From positions 1 to 30,050 of IMG/VR virus record IMGVR_UViG_3300011339_001211: 30,050 bases of DNA; one strand, given 5' to 3'. How positions within the stretch are numbered: position 1 is the stretch's first letter; each line of letters begins with the position of its first letter. The DNA is from a virus (lineage: Duplodnaviria > Caudoviricetes). Under the pieces are notes generated by a model. It had not been told where the DNA came from, searched no databases, and saw nothing but the letters and a program-made list of their open reading frames with translations. The translations under genes and the position numbers were made by a program. This document shows positions 1 through 8,856 of this stretch, piece after piece.

Positions 1-112
1 TTTCTTTGATTTGTGGTTCAAAAGCTTCTTGTAGTGCAGACTTTGCGTTCGCCATAGCAGACGCGCGTAAAGCTTTAGCATCAGCAATTGCTTGTTGGTA
101 AATGTTTTCCAT
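1..112 (-). CDS. Prohead scaffold/core protein (gp22-like), 5' part only; runs off the window edge
   Basis: Not in ORF track. Hand translation from ATG at 112: MENIYQQAIADAKALRASAMANAKSALQEAFEPQIKE, a helical Ala-rich N-terminus. It lies directly downstream of the prohead protease, as T4 gene 22 follows gene 21. Confidence 0.7.
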   Translation of the reverse strand, partial: MENIYQQAIADAKALRASAMANAKSALQEAFEPQIKE

Positions 113-136
113 TTTTTAAAAAATTTTTGATTTTTA

Positions 137-205
137 ATTGTCCATTGGTAGGAAAAGTGGGACAATATAGATTTTTTTGTTCTAGCTTCGCAATAGAACC
201 GAAGC
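137..205 (-). promoter_or_regulatory. Structured 5' leader of the scaffold gene (hairpin plus pseudoknot or alternative hairpins)
   Basis: Inverted repeats on the + text: ATTGTCC 137-143 / GGACAAT 160-166; GTTCTA 179-184 / TAGAAC 194-199; GCTTCG 185-190 / CGAAGC 200-205. The last two are interleaved. Confidence 0.5.
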
Positions 206-217
206 ATTTTTATGGTA

Positions 218-225
218 ATAAATAT
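218..225 (-). promoter_or_regulatory. Putative late promoter motif ATATTTAT
   Basis: Exact motif on the coding strand, between the upstream terminator and the scaffold leader; recurs upstream of other structural genes. Confidence 0.6.
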
Positions 226-255
226 CCGTATTTTTGTATAAACTCACTTATTACC

Positions 256-286
256 AAAAATAAAAACTCAACCTTACGGGGTTGAG
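256..286 (-). terminator. Intrinsic terminator after the prohead protease gene
   Basis: Minus strand reads CTCAACC-CCGTAA-GGTTGAG followed by TTTTTATTTTT: a 7-bp stem plus U-tract. Confidence 0.75.
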
Positions 287-340
287 ACGGTTTCGCATCG
301 GTCTAAGAATGCTAAACCACGTGATCCTAAAGGTAGCACG

Positions 341-970
341 CTATCTTATGCAGCACTCGCCTGATACATTACAAATGATCTCAGAGATCATCCTGTTCGC
401 TTTGGAGTACTTATTTTCTTTATCTATAGTTCTATTGATAGATTCGTTAAGTCCTGAGGTAGGTCTCATGTACGCTCCGTATGTAGATGGCTGCGATACA
501 AAGTCCCAACAGATCAAATCAAGATCGTCTTCTACTTGTACAAGACCTTCACCGATAGGCGATACCGATCCAAGTGCTCTTGAAGAGATACCAACTGTGA
601 TATTGTTTTGAAAAAGCTGCTTTAATATGTTCCCTGATGGTGTTGGTAGAATTTCTATATCTCCATAGAGTTCTTTTCCTTCCCACCAAAGTTTAGTTAT
701 ATTGTGACTAACGTTTTTAAGGTTAACAACACTTGATTCTGGATGATCTAATTCTCCTAAAGCTCTATTCTCAGCGATTGGTCCCTGCATGTACTTCTCT
801 ACCTGAGTATGTAGTATGTCGTAAGGATATATCCTACGATTGGCATTTGGTTTATCGCAAGCTTGTACTAGTCCTGAAACAATCATGTTTCCTACTGCTG
901 ACTTTACGCTTTCGTTTATCCTTTTGGTAGGAATAAACATTGCATGCTCTATAAGAAGTTGCTTAGTCAT
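341..970 (-). CDS. gp21: Prohead core protease (T4 gp21-like)
   Basis: Motifs NANRRIYP, ALGELDHP (His), VGISSRALGS (Ser) and WDFVSQPS (Asp); located between portal and scaffold. Confidence 0.93.
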   Translation of the reverse strand: MTKQLLIEHAMFIPTKRINESVKSAVGNMIVSGLVQACDKPNANRRIYPYDILHTQVEKYMQGPIAENRALGELDHPESSVVNLKNVSHNITKLWWEGKELYGDIEILPTPSGNILKQLFQNNITVGISSRALGSVSPIGEGLVQVEDDLDLICWDFVSQPSTYGAYMRPTSGLNESINRTIDKENKYSKANRMISEIICNVSGECCIR

Positions 971-971
971 A

Positions 972-2474
972 TTATTTTACAGTTGTAGCTTTTAAAGATG
1001 TCACTGATCCGCCTTTTTGACTAATTTTTTTCTTGAGATCTTGTATAGCTTTGTTGCCTTGTCCAGCAGGAACAGTATCGAGTACTTCATCTGCGCCTTG
1101 AGCTGTTTTTGCTTTTATAACATCTACAGCTTCTTTTTTCATCTTAAATTTCTCTACAATAGTCTTAAACTTCTTTAGTAAAGTATGAATATCTTCTGGT
1201 TTGTATTCTAGAGTTCCTCCAAAAGTTTTTGCGTATGGATTTTTACCTGAGCTTTGATCTTTGTCCCAATTTGCCCACATTTGATCTCTTTCTGCTTTAT
1301 CGGCATCCATTTGAGCTTGGTTGTGCTTCTCTTTAGCAGCGTCTAATACGTTAAGCGTGTAATCTTTTTGATTTCCGTCTTCTAATTCAACTGTTACGAT
1401 AGATCCTTTTCTTTCTATTACGATTCCTGTTCCGTCTGGGGTCATGCATTCGTGACCTTTATAGAAATCCGTCCTTTCTTGAGGAGTTGCTCCGCCGATG
1501 CCACCACCGGTTCCGCCATCGTTCTCTTTTATACTATCTTTTTTTTTAAAAAAGTTTAGCATTTCATTGATCATGGTCTCTTTTGTTTCGGACTTCATTA
1601 CATCCTTAACTCCAGTAGGCTTTTTCTTACTACCTTTCATCTCTTTAACGCCCTTTGGCTTTCCTTTTCTGTTTTCTGTCTTAGGAGTAGAGGTATTTTT
1701 CTTTTCGTCAGCGTGACCCTTGATCTTTTTCATCTCATTGTCTTTGTCAACGAAATTATCGCCTTTAACCGGCTTCATTGAGAGTCTCTTATCGTCTTTT
1801 TCGATCTGTTTAGCGTTAGCTAGCTGAGTGTATCTATAAGCCAAAGGATCTTTTGCCATTTTCTTAGCAACTTTCTCTCTAACTTTCTCGTAAGATATGT
1901 TATCAAGCACTTTAAGCTTAGCCATTTCGTATTCTACGCCTCTTTTGAATTCGTAAACGTTTAATCTGTCTATGATTTGAGCAGTAGTAAGATCGTGAGC
2001 TTCGTTTAGTGAATTTTCTTTATATATAATGTCGTCTAAATCTCCAACAAAAGCAACTGCGGCATATTTTGGTTTAAACATTCCATAAAGATCGACTATG
2101 TCGACGTGATCCATAGCTCTAGAAGCCTTTTCGTGTTCTTCTGGAGATAATGACATTGCTGATAACTCATCTTCAAACATATTCATCCACGCGTCTTTAT
2201 CTTCTTCTGAACTATCTTTTGTTACTTCGTTTATTTCAGCATTGCTGTCGTAAGCTGCTCCTTCGTGATCAGGAGGTGCTTGACCATGTTGCATCATGGC
2301 CATAGTATAGCCTTCGCTAATCACTCCTTTGTTTTTTAGTATTTTAACTGCATCTTCGTAAGAAGTCAAGTTGCTTATCCAAGGAAGACTGTCATCTTTC
2401 CTAGCTTCGTAAAGAAAGGATTGCTTTGAAACTTTTCCGTTCTTATGGTTCTCGTATAATTTAGCTATTGTCAT
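972..2474 (-). CDS. Hypothetical head-associated/core protein, highly charged and modular (500 aa)
   Basis: Long ORF between portal and protease; Lys/Glu-rich; several I/L-x-E sites (VISE, EINE, SLNE, MINE, SIKE). Confidence 0.55.
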   Translation of the reverse strand: MTIAKLYENHKNGKVSKQSFLYEARKDDSLPWISNLTSYEDAVKILKNKGVISEGYTMAMMQHGQAPPDHEGAAYDSNAEINEVTKDSSEEDKDAWMNMFEDELSAMSLSPEEHEKASRAMDHVDIVDLYGMFKPKYAAVAFVGDLDDIIYKENSLNEAHDLTTAQIIDRLNVYEFKRGVEYEMAKLKVLDNISYEKVREKVAKKMAKDPLAYRYTQLANAKQIEKDDKRLSMKPVKGDNFVDKDNEMKKIKGHADEKKNTSTPKTENRKGKPKGVKEMKGSKKKPTGVKDVMKSETKETMINEMLNFFKKKDSIKENDGGTGGGIGGATPQERTDFYKGHECMTPDGTGIVIERKGSIVTVELEDGNQKDYTLNVLDAAKEKHNQAQMDADKAERDQMWANWDKDQSSGKNPYAKTFGGTLEYKPEDIHTLLKKFKTIVEKFKMKKEAVDVIKAKTAQGADEVLDTVPAGQGNKAIQDLKKKISQKGGSVTSLKATTVK

Positions 2475-2478
2475 GCTA

Positions 2479-2486
2479 ATAAATAT
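2479..2486 (-). promoter_or_regulatory. Putative late promoter motif ATATTTAT
   Basis: Ends 4 nt before the ATG at 2474; part of the palindrome ATAAATATTTAT (2479-2490). Confidence 0.55.
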
Positions 2487-2615
2487 TTATCTTCCTTGTC
2501 CACGATAAGTCCTTTCAGATCTATCGTGTTTATTGAAGCTTTTTTGTGATTTTCCTTTTTTTCTTTTACCAAAACTTATTTTCGTTGCGTTACTTGAACC
2601 TTTTGCCTTTGCCAT
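2487..2615 (-). CDS. Small basic protein (42 aa) ending in YRGQGR
   Basis: Below ORF-track cutoff. MAKAKGSSNATKISFGKRKKGKSQKSFNKHDRSERTYRGQGR fills the gap between two genes. The YRGQG ending is one I recall from small basic proteins of T4-like phages. Confidence 0.75.
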   Translation of the reverse strand: MAKAKGSSNATKISFGKRKKGKSQKSFNKHDRSERTYRGQGR

Positions 2616-2627
2616 GACTATTTAAGT

Positions 2628-3719
2628 TTATAAAGATTTCATTTTTTTGTATGCTTCTGCTATACTTTTCTTCATACTTTCCATTGCTTTAGAAGATGAA
2701 GAGTATTCTGTCTCGTTAAGATCTGATTTTAGATTTGAAGCGTACTCTAAAATGTGATTTATCTCTTTTAGTTTTTTGTTAGCAAGCTTAGTAGCCTCTT
2801 GAAACTGTTGTTTTTTGCTTCTAACTTTGATTTCGGTCTTAAGTCCCTCTTTTATTGGTTCTTTTTCCATTTCTTTCTTTTCTTTCTCTTTTTCTTTTTT
2901 TTCTCTCTTTTTTATCTCACTACCTTGCAATCTTAATTGATCGTGAGGTATCATCATCTGCCTTTCGTAAGTAGAACCTCCGCCTTTAGTTACATTAACA
3001 GCTACTAAGTCATCATCAAAAGAAATGACTGTACCGTAGCTTTTATCAGGCCATTTTCCTACTATTTCGACTTTATCTCCAATTTTGAATTCGCCTTGTT
3101 TAGTTTCTTCTCTTTCGTTTATTCCAGCTGCTGCGGCAAATTCATCATAATCGTGAGGATAAGGTTCGCTCATCCATCCTAAAAACCTTCTATAAAGATC
3201 AGGAGCTTTGTCTTTTACATATGTCAATAGCTTTTCTACTTTATCTTTGTCTTTTGTAGATATTAATTCATTAAATTGATCTTCGTTTAGGTTCCAAAGA
3301 TCTTTATATTGGAATCCGCCTTTGTCTTTTGTGTGTCCAGCTCTGAATCCTTTTACTTCTTTATATCCTGAATTAGAATCTTCGCTAACTTCTTTGGTAT
3401 ATCCGTACTTATATTTCTTAGCTGGAACGTCAAGACCTGGAAGATAGGCTTCGCCTCCTCCAGTAACTGACATCTCTTCCATTTCTCCGACTATTTTTAC
3501 ATCTTCAGCCATATCAAAGTGATTGCTAAATACAAAATCTTGAAAGTCTTCAAAATCTTCTATACTTAGCGAGTAATACTGACCTTCAAAATCAATTATG
3601 TCTGCAAACTTGTCATTAAACATATCATCTAACTTCTGATCTGTGATAGCGAAAACCACCTGATCGATGGTTTCGTTCTCTGACATTAATCTTTTGAAGT
3701 GAGACTGCATGCTACTCAT
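2628..3719 (-). CDS. Hypothetical head-associated protein (363 aa): acidic N-terminus, SH3/KOW-like segment, C-terminal coiled coil
   Basis: ORF in the head operon. FKIGDKVEIV...GTVISFDDDLVAVNV is a beta-barrel-like pattern; there is a KE-rich stretch and LxE/IxE sites. Confidence 0.55.
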   Translation of the reverse strand: MSSMQSHFKRLMSENETIDQVVFAITDQKLDDMFNDKFADIIDFEGQYYSLSIEDFEDFQDFVFSNHFDMAEDVKIVGEMEEMSVTGGGEAYLPGLDVPAKKYKYGYTKEVSEDSNSGYKEVKGFRAGHTKDKGGFQYKDLWNLNEDQFNELISTKDKDKVEKLLTYVKDKAPDLYRRFLGWMSEPYPHDYDEFAAAAGINEREETKQGEFKIGDKVEIVGKWPDKSYGTVISFDDDLVAVNVTKGGGSTYERQMMIPHDQLRLQGSEIKKREKKEKEKEKKEMEKEPIKEGLKTEIKVRSKKQQFQEATKLANKKLKEINHILEYASNLKSDLNETEYSSSSKAMESMKKSIAEAYKKMKSL

Positions 3720-4569
3720 TCGTTTCTACGTTTTTAATTTCGTTGATCAAATCGTAGTACTGAAGCAGTGTTGATACAGTTTCGTCCTTTATAGTTTCGT
3801 TCTCGTGTATAGGTTTGATGAATTTTACTACTTCTTTTAGCTTTATAGAAGTAACTTGATCTTTTACAGAATTAGACATCTCTACTAAAGTAGATTTAAT
3901 CTCTGTAAGTCTCTTATTAAGATACACTTTTAGATTCTTTGTATCGGATATGTTGTTTATATACTCTTTAAGCACATCCTTTTGATCTTGAGAAAGTCCA
4001 ACGTATTTTTTATTGAACTTTTCTACTAGTATTTTGTAAGCAAGAAGCCTAATTTCTTTGTCTTGCTTCATAAACTCTTCTAGAATTTGTGTAGAAGCTG
4101 GTTTTTCTTTAACTTCTTCTCCGCAAATGTGTTCAAGCATTGTTATCTTACTGCTAAGAACTTGATTAACGTTAGTCTTATTATTTTGAGATTCTAAAAC
4201 GATGTATATAGACGCGTAAGACTTATAATTGTCAATTTTAGCCTTAAAAAAATTGTCTAGATCGTAATTGTTTTTGATCTCTCTAATCAAATTGTACTTT
4301 TCTTTCTTTAACTTCTCGTAGTCTAGTTTTTTGTATTGTTCTACGATTGTATTTATGAAAAGTTCTGCTTTTGATTCGTTAAGCTTCTCTGTGTTTATAA
4401 AAGAGTTATACAAACTGTATTCTCTAGATAATTCAGTTTCAGTAAAGTACTTTTTAAGTATTTTTACAGCTTTAGAGTCCTTATTTTGCAAAAGATCAGC
4501 AGTCGTTTGTCTCACGAGAAGCTCGAAAAGTACGCCTGGGTTTCTAAATTTAGAGTGTTTTAGTGCCAT
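3712..4569 (-). CDS. Hypothetical helical protein immediately downstream of portal (possible prohead core component)
   Basis: 285-aa ORF coupled to the next gene by an 8-nt overlap; occupies the position of T4 genes 67/68. Confidence 0.55.
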   Translation of the reverse strand: MALKHSKFRNPGVLFELLVRQTTADLLQNKDSKAVKILKKYFTETELSREYSLYNSFINTEKLNESKAELFINTIVEQYKKLDYEKLKKEKYNLIREIKNNYDLDNFFKAKIDNYKSYASIYIVLESQNNKTNVNQVLSSKITMLEHICGEEVKEKPASTQILEEFMKQDKEIRLLAYKILVEKFNKKYVGLSQDQKDVLKEYINNISDTKNLKVYLNKRLTEIKSTLVEMSNSVKDQVTSIKLKEVVKFIKPIHENETIKDETVSTLLQYYDLINEIKNVETNE

Positions 4570-4592
4570 GTTGGATATAAAAATTCCTGTTT

Positions 4593-4600
4593 ATAAATAT
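4593..4600 (-). promoter_or_regulatory. Putative late promoter motif ATATTTAT
   Basis: Intergenic, 23 nt upstream of the ATG at 4569. Confidence 0.6.
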
Positions 4601-4607
4601 ATAAGGC

Positions 4608-6521
4608 CTAGTCTAAATTATCGATGATATTATCTTCGTTTAAAACGTCTGGTTGTTCGTATAATTTTACTTTTCTTTTAGCAAATAGTTTCTCTAATGC
4701 TACTTTGTTTTGTAAGTAAACTCCAAGCGTGCTTTCGTTAGTAACTCCCAAAGAAAGATTCATTGAGTCTTCTCCCTTTTCTTCTTTTGACTTCATTCCT
4801 TTTTTACCTATAGCGTCTCTTCCAAATGATGAATCGTCTGTTCCTATTATTGATTTGTACTTTTGAGGACGACCTGGTACTTTTTTAGGCTCGTTAGGAT
4901 TCAATTCGTTGTATCCTGTTGGAACTTCTAAGTTCATGTCTCCCTTGCCGCCGTAAAGACTAGCCAATTGGTGAGGAGTACCGTATGCTTGACCTGAATC
5001 TGATGGATCGTTTCCTTCTTCTTCAATTTGTTTAAATCTAAATGCTCTCTTTTTGTCTTCTATGATCTGGTCCTCTAGTTCAGTGTACTGATCTTCGGAG
5101 AAGTGGAATATTTTATCATAAATAAAGTCCCTAGGTAGTAGAGAAGATTCCATTGCTTGATTTGCAAGATCGACTTTCTCTTTGAATAGGGCTACCCTTT
5201 CTTGATCGTAGATAATTGAAGGATTAGTAAGAGATATTGTAAAGTTTGCGGCTGATTCATTTGTGTATCCGTTTGCGTATAGATGAACAAGACCAATCTT
5301 TGTAAGCTCTGATATGGCGATCTTTTGAATCCTCTCAACCGTTCTAGCAAAACGAATGTCTTCGGCCGCTAGTGTAGCTTTACCAGTCAAGTCTTTCTCA
5401 TATCCCATGAAAGCTTTAGGTATCTTAAGAGCAGCAAAAAGTTTCTCTCTAAAGTATGCTACGTCTTCGATTCCGTTATACTCAAGACCTTTTGCTGTGT
5501 CGATTCTTGTAGTCTGATCGTTGCCTCGAACAGGAATAAAGAAGTCCTCTAGTAAGTTTTGTTGGTTATACTTCAAATTGTACTGACCTGTGTTTGGATC
5601 GATAAGAGGAGTTTTTTTCATCTTATTGATCATTCTTTGCATGTAGTTTTCTACTTCTGTTGGAGGTATCGCTCCTACGTTTACATAGAATATCCTACGC
5701 TCTGGAGCTCTTACAATCCTGTGAATCAACATAGCGTCTTCTATAAGCACATACTGCTTAAATAGCTTGCGCGCTGGCTCTAGATAAGATCTACCATAGG
5801 GTAGATAGTTAACGTCACCAGTAAGCCTGAAATGAGCCATTTCGTAGTTATCAAAATATATGCCTGAGTCGTTATCGTTAAATGTGTTTGAGTATCCAGC
5901 AGTATTTGTTAATGCTGCGTTTGGATCGTATTTAAACCTAACTTCGCTTGGGTTTTTAGGATTATAACCTTCTTCTCTAACGATATTATAAGATGAGAAT
6001 GGAATTACGTTGTAAACTCCGTAACCATCAGCAATTTCCATCTTAACAAAGAAATCACCGTACTTACACATGTTTCTAATCCAAGACCAGAGATTAAATT
6101 CTACGTTAAGGATCGAATAGTACAGGTTATAAAGAAGCTTTTGGATGTTTTCGTCAGAAGACCTAATCTGCAATACTTCACCTTGTTCGTTCTTTAGAGT
6201 AGCTTCATCAGCAATGATATCGAGCGCAGACGCTACGATTGCATCAGTATCCATAGAATCGTAATCAGCATAAATTTGAACCCTTGCAGAGCGATAGTTC
6301 TGTGCTAGATTCAAGTTAACACCGTAAGCGGTAGAAGTAGTGTATACTTTGTTAAACCTATCGATAAGAGAGTTAGTCTGAATGACACCTGAAGTTTGTA
6401 TCTTGTCAGTATCAATGACTTTTAGCATACCACCTCCCTCGTTACGTATAATCACGTCCGTGGAAAACAGTCGTCTTAGCGCTGTAAATAAATTCTCTGG
6501 TGGTCTTTGTTGTTCTGCCAT
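4608..6521 (-). CDS. gp20: Portal protein (T4 gp20-like)
   Basis: Motifs EDAMLIHRIVRAPERRIFYVNVG, LLEDFFIPVRG, IEDVAYFREKLFAALKIP and EDIRFARTVERIQ; adjacent to terminase. Confidence 0.95.
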   Translation of the reverse strand: MAEQQRPPENLFTALRRLFSTDVIIRNEGGGMLKVIDTDKIQTSGVIQTNSLIDRFNKVYTTSTAYGVNLNLAQNYRSARVQIYADYDSMDTDAIVASALDIIADEATLKNEQGEVLQIRSSDENIQKLLYNLYYSILNVEFNLWSWIRNMCKYGDFFVKMEIADGYGVYNVIPFSSYNIVREEGYNPKNPSEVRFKYDPNAALTNTAGYSNTFNDNDSGIYFDNYEMAHFRLTGDVNYLPYGRSYLEPARKLFKQYVLIEDAMLIHRIVRAPERRIFYVNVGAIPPTEVENYMQRMINKMKKTPLIDPNTGQYNLKYNQQNLLEDFFIPVRGNDQTTRIDTAKGLEYNGIEDVAYFREKLFAALKIPKAFMGYEKDLTGKATLAAEDIRFARTVERIQKIAISELTKIGLVHLYANGYTNESAANFTISLTNPSIIYDQERVALFKEKVDLANQAMESSLLPRDFIYDKIFHFSEDQYTELEDQIIEDKKRAFRFKQIEEEGNDPSDSGQAYGTPHQLASLYGGKGDMNLEVPTGYNELNPNEPKKVPGRPQKYKSIIGTDDSSFGRDAIGKKGMKSKEEKGEDSMNLSLGVTNESTLGVYLQNKVALEKLFAKRKVKLYEQPDVLNEDNIIDNLD

Positions 6522-6543
6522 TTGTATTAATAATTATGTGAGT

Positions 6544-8142
6544 TTACAATAACCATCGCAAATCTTGAGTCTCCTGACCATTTGGTCCAGGGATATTCAT
6601 CTGCCATGGATTACTATTGAGTGCACTGTTAGCGTTATATAAATCGAATCCTGAATCTGTCTTCGTAAAGTTGTTTAAGCTGTTTCTTAGCAAGCTATCT
6701 GCTTCTGTTTTGTATCTTAAAGACGTGTCTCTAAGGTACATTCCTATTGCAAAAGACATCACTAAGTCGTCATTATATCCATTCATTGCCGCTCCTGAAT
6801 CGTTTTTCCATATAAATACCCTAAGCTCTTCTATTAGTCTTAGTGACTTTATAGTTACGAATTTGTTTTCTACTAAATCACGCATTTTTGCTATTACTAG
6901 AGGCTTTGTTCTGCTTGTTGTAGAGAATCCTGGGACTAGCGCCGAGTTAGAAGCTTGATACTTATCAAGATATTTTTGAAAGTCCATTCCTATTTCCGTT
7001 CTATAGCTGTAGTGAACATTTTGATATCCGCTTTCTACTACTGATTGAACTACATCCCAACCTATACTTGCGTTTTCTACTACAAGCAATGCGTTGTTGT
7101 ATTCCATTGCTGCAGAAAGTAAGATTTGCGCGTATTCTCTTGTGCCTGGTTGAGATTTGTACTCTGCCACTTGAGTGATAGTTTCCATTTCAAAGACTTG
7201 GAAAGCTGAAAAGTCAGCTCCGTCTCCTCTTGCTACGTCAGCAACGATGGTATAGAATTTTCGAGGATCGGGATATTCCCAAATCCAATATCCTTTATCT
7301 AGACCACGTCTTTCAATTGGTTCTTGTAAAGTATTTTCTTCGTACCAGTTTAAAACATCTGGAGGAATTACTGTATTACCAGAAGTTACAAAGTCACAAT
7401 CACACTCTTGAGCTGCGCTTCTTACTCCAAGATCTTTGTCTTGTTGGTCTCTCCAAGTTTGATTTCTTTCAGGATGAACTGTCCAAGGTAAAGATATAGG
7501 TAAAAAGCTATTCTCTTTCTTTTGAGCTTTAGTGTAAGTTTGATGGAACCAATTACCCACACCGTTAGGAGTAGATAATGCTATAGCTCCACCACCGGTA
7601 GCCAATGTTTGTTGAGCAGAAGTAAAGATCTCTTCGATCCTATCGATAAACGCGGCTTCGTCAATTACTAGCAAGGTTACGGCTTCAGAACGAGCTGCGT
7701 CTCCGGCTGCAGAAACAGCTTTAATCTGTGATCCGTTATTTAGTCTTAGACTTAATCTATTGTCTTCAGAAGCTGGTATTTTAAGCCACGAGGGCAGATT
7801 CTGGTAAGCAAATCTAACTTTAGTTACCATGTTCTTTGCAGTAGACTGAGTAGTCGCAATTACAAGAACGTTCTTATCCCTTTGAAACAACATTAGCCAC
7901 AGGGAATATGCGGATACAAGGGTTGATATACCTAATTGCCTTGATTTGTTTATGACAGAGAACTTATTTGCTTGAAACAATCTAAGTACTTTCTCTTGAA
8001 AAGGATATAGATTGAAGAGCATCCGTCCTCTTTGTGGATGTTGGATCATGTAATATTTCTTCATGAAATAAACAGGATCCGTAGCACACTTTACGAACTC
8101 TTCCTTTACTTTATCTTTTATAGAAATTTGTTGATCAGACAT
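6544..8142 (-). CDS. terL: Terminase large subunit (T4 gp17-like)
   Basis: Q-motif LYPFQ, Walker A KSRQLGIST, Walker B LLVIDEAAF, STPNG, nuclease motifs ADVARG.GADFS and NDDLVMS. Confidence 0.96.
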   Translation of the reverse strand: MSDQQISIKDKVKEEFVKCATDPVYFMKKYYMIQHPQRGRMLFNLYPFQEKVLRLFQANKFSVINKSRQLGISTLVSAYSLWLMLFQRDKNVLVIATTQSTAKNMVTKVRFAYQNLPSWLKIPASEDNRLSLRLNNGSQIKAVSAAGDAARSEAVTLLVIDEAAFIDRIEEIFTSAQQTLATGGGAIALSTPNGVGNWFHQTYTKAQKKENSFLPISLPWTVHPERNQTWRDQQDKDLGVRSAAQECDCDFVTSGNTVIPPDVLNWYEENTLQEPIERRGLDKGYWIWEYPDPRKFYTIVADVARGDGADFSAFQVFEMETITQVAEYKSQPGTREYAQILLSAAMEYNNALLVVENASIGWDVVQSVVESGYQNVHYSYRTEIGMDFQKYLDKYQASNSALVPGFSTTSRTKPLVIAKMRDLVENKFVTIKSLRLIEELRVFIWKNDSGAAMNGYNDDLVMSFAIGMYLRDTSLRYKTEADSLLRNSLNNFTKTDSGFDLYNANSALNSNPWQMNIPGPNGQETQDLRWLL

Positions 8143-8552
8143 TACTTGGTTAGGTATAGGTATCCAAGTCCACCAACGATTGCGTAAGACAATATTTGCG
8201 TGAACCTGTATTTTACTTTTAGTTTTCTGTGTTGTTTGTAAAGATCAGAATATTGTTTCTGCCAACCTTCTACTTTAGCTGTTTCATTATTAACTTGACT
8301 AAGATAGTTAAGCTCTTTACGTTTATACGTACTTATAATGCTGTCTTTAGCCACTACTTTTTTTTCTACAAGAATTAATTCGTCTTCTTTTACTTTTAGC
8401 AACGCAAGAGCTGAATCTCCTTTGACGAGATCTTTAACAATCATTTTTGCTATTGGGTAGCTTAGTTGTAACTTACTAGTATCCGTAACGCTTTGAGAAA
8501 AAACTGTCGAGCTGAGTAGGAGTATAGCTATCAGCAGCTTTACTTTGTTCAT
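8142..8552 (-). CDS. Secreted/membrane coiled-coil protein, spanin-like partner
   Basis: Signal peptide MNKVKLLIAILLLSSTVFS|Q, coiled-coil middle, C-terminal hydrophobic segment ILSYAIVGGLGYLYL; overlaps the upstream gene by 77 nt; no Cys. Confidence 0.5.
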   Translation of the reverse strand: MNKVKLLIAILLLSSTVFSQSVTDTSKLQLSYPIAKMIVKDLVKGDSALALLKVKEDELILVEKKVVAKDSIISTYKRKELNYLSQVNNETAKVEGWQKQYSDLYKQHRKLKVKYRFTQILSYAIVGGLGYLYLTK

Positions 8553-8847
8553 GATAATATTCTTTTATTATTGTAGTTTTTTCTTTTACATTATCTATCT
8601 GATAGTCTAACTCTTTAATCTTTTCTTCTTCCGAGTATATAACACTATCGTAAGACTTTTGTTGTTTTTGAAGAGCTACCGTTACTTTTTGTAAGCTATC
8701 TAATTGAGCTTTAAAATCGCTAGAGATCTCTCTTTTAGTAGTTAGTAATTGAATCGATAGATACAATATAACTATTACTACTGCAATATACTGCATAATT
8801 TTAATAATAGGCATCCAATTCTTTATGGTAGCTAAAACTTTATTCAT
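8476..8847 (-). CDS. Inner-membrane spanin-like protein (N-terminal TM plus coiled coil)
   Basis: Hydrophobic YIAVVIVILYLSIQLL followed by a heptad-rich helix; close to the endolysin gene. Confidence 0.55.
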   Translation of the reverse strand: MNKVLATIKNWMPIIKIMQYIAVVIVILYLSIQLLTTKREISSDFKAQLDSLQKVTVALQKQQKSYDSVIYSEEEKIKELDYQIDNVKEKTTIIKEYYHEQSKAADSYTPTQLDSFFSKRYGY

Positions 8848-8856
8848 TTTTTGTTT

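Noticed and set aside
1539-1553. TTTTTTAAAAAAAAA run on the coding strand as a programmed frameshift site
   Set aside because: The ORF continues normally in frame, such runs are expected in an AT-rich Lys-rich gene, and I could not support a stimulatory structure or an alternative product.
2860-2915. TTC/TTT-rich repeat-like stretch as a CRISPR array or tandem repeat element
   Set aside because: It simply encodes a KE-rich low-complexity segment; no repeat-spacer periodicity was seen here or elsewhere in the window.
6544-8142. Intron or intein in terminase, portal or primase
   Set aside because: Motifs are contiguous, lengths are ordinary, and no LAGLIDADG, HNH or intein splice-junction signature is visible.
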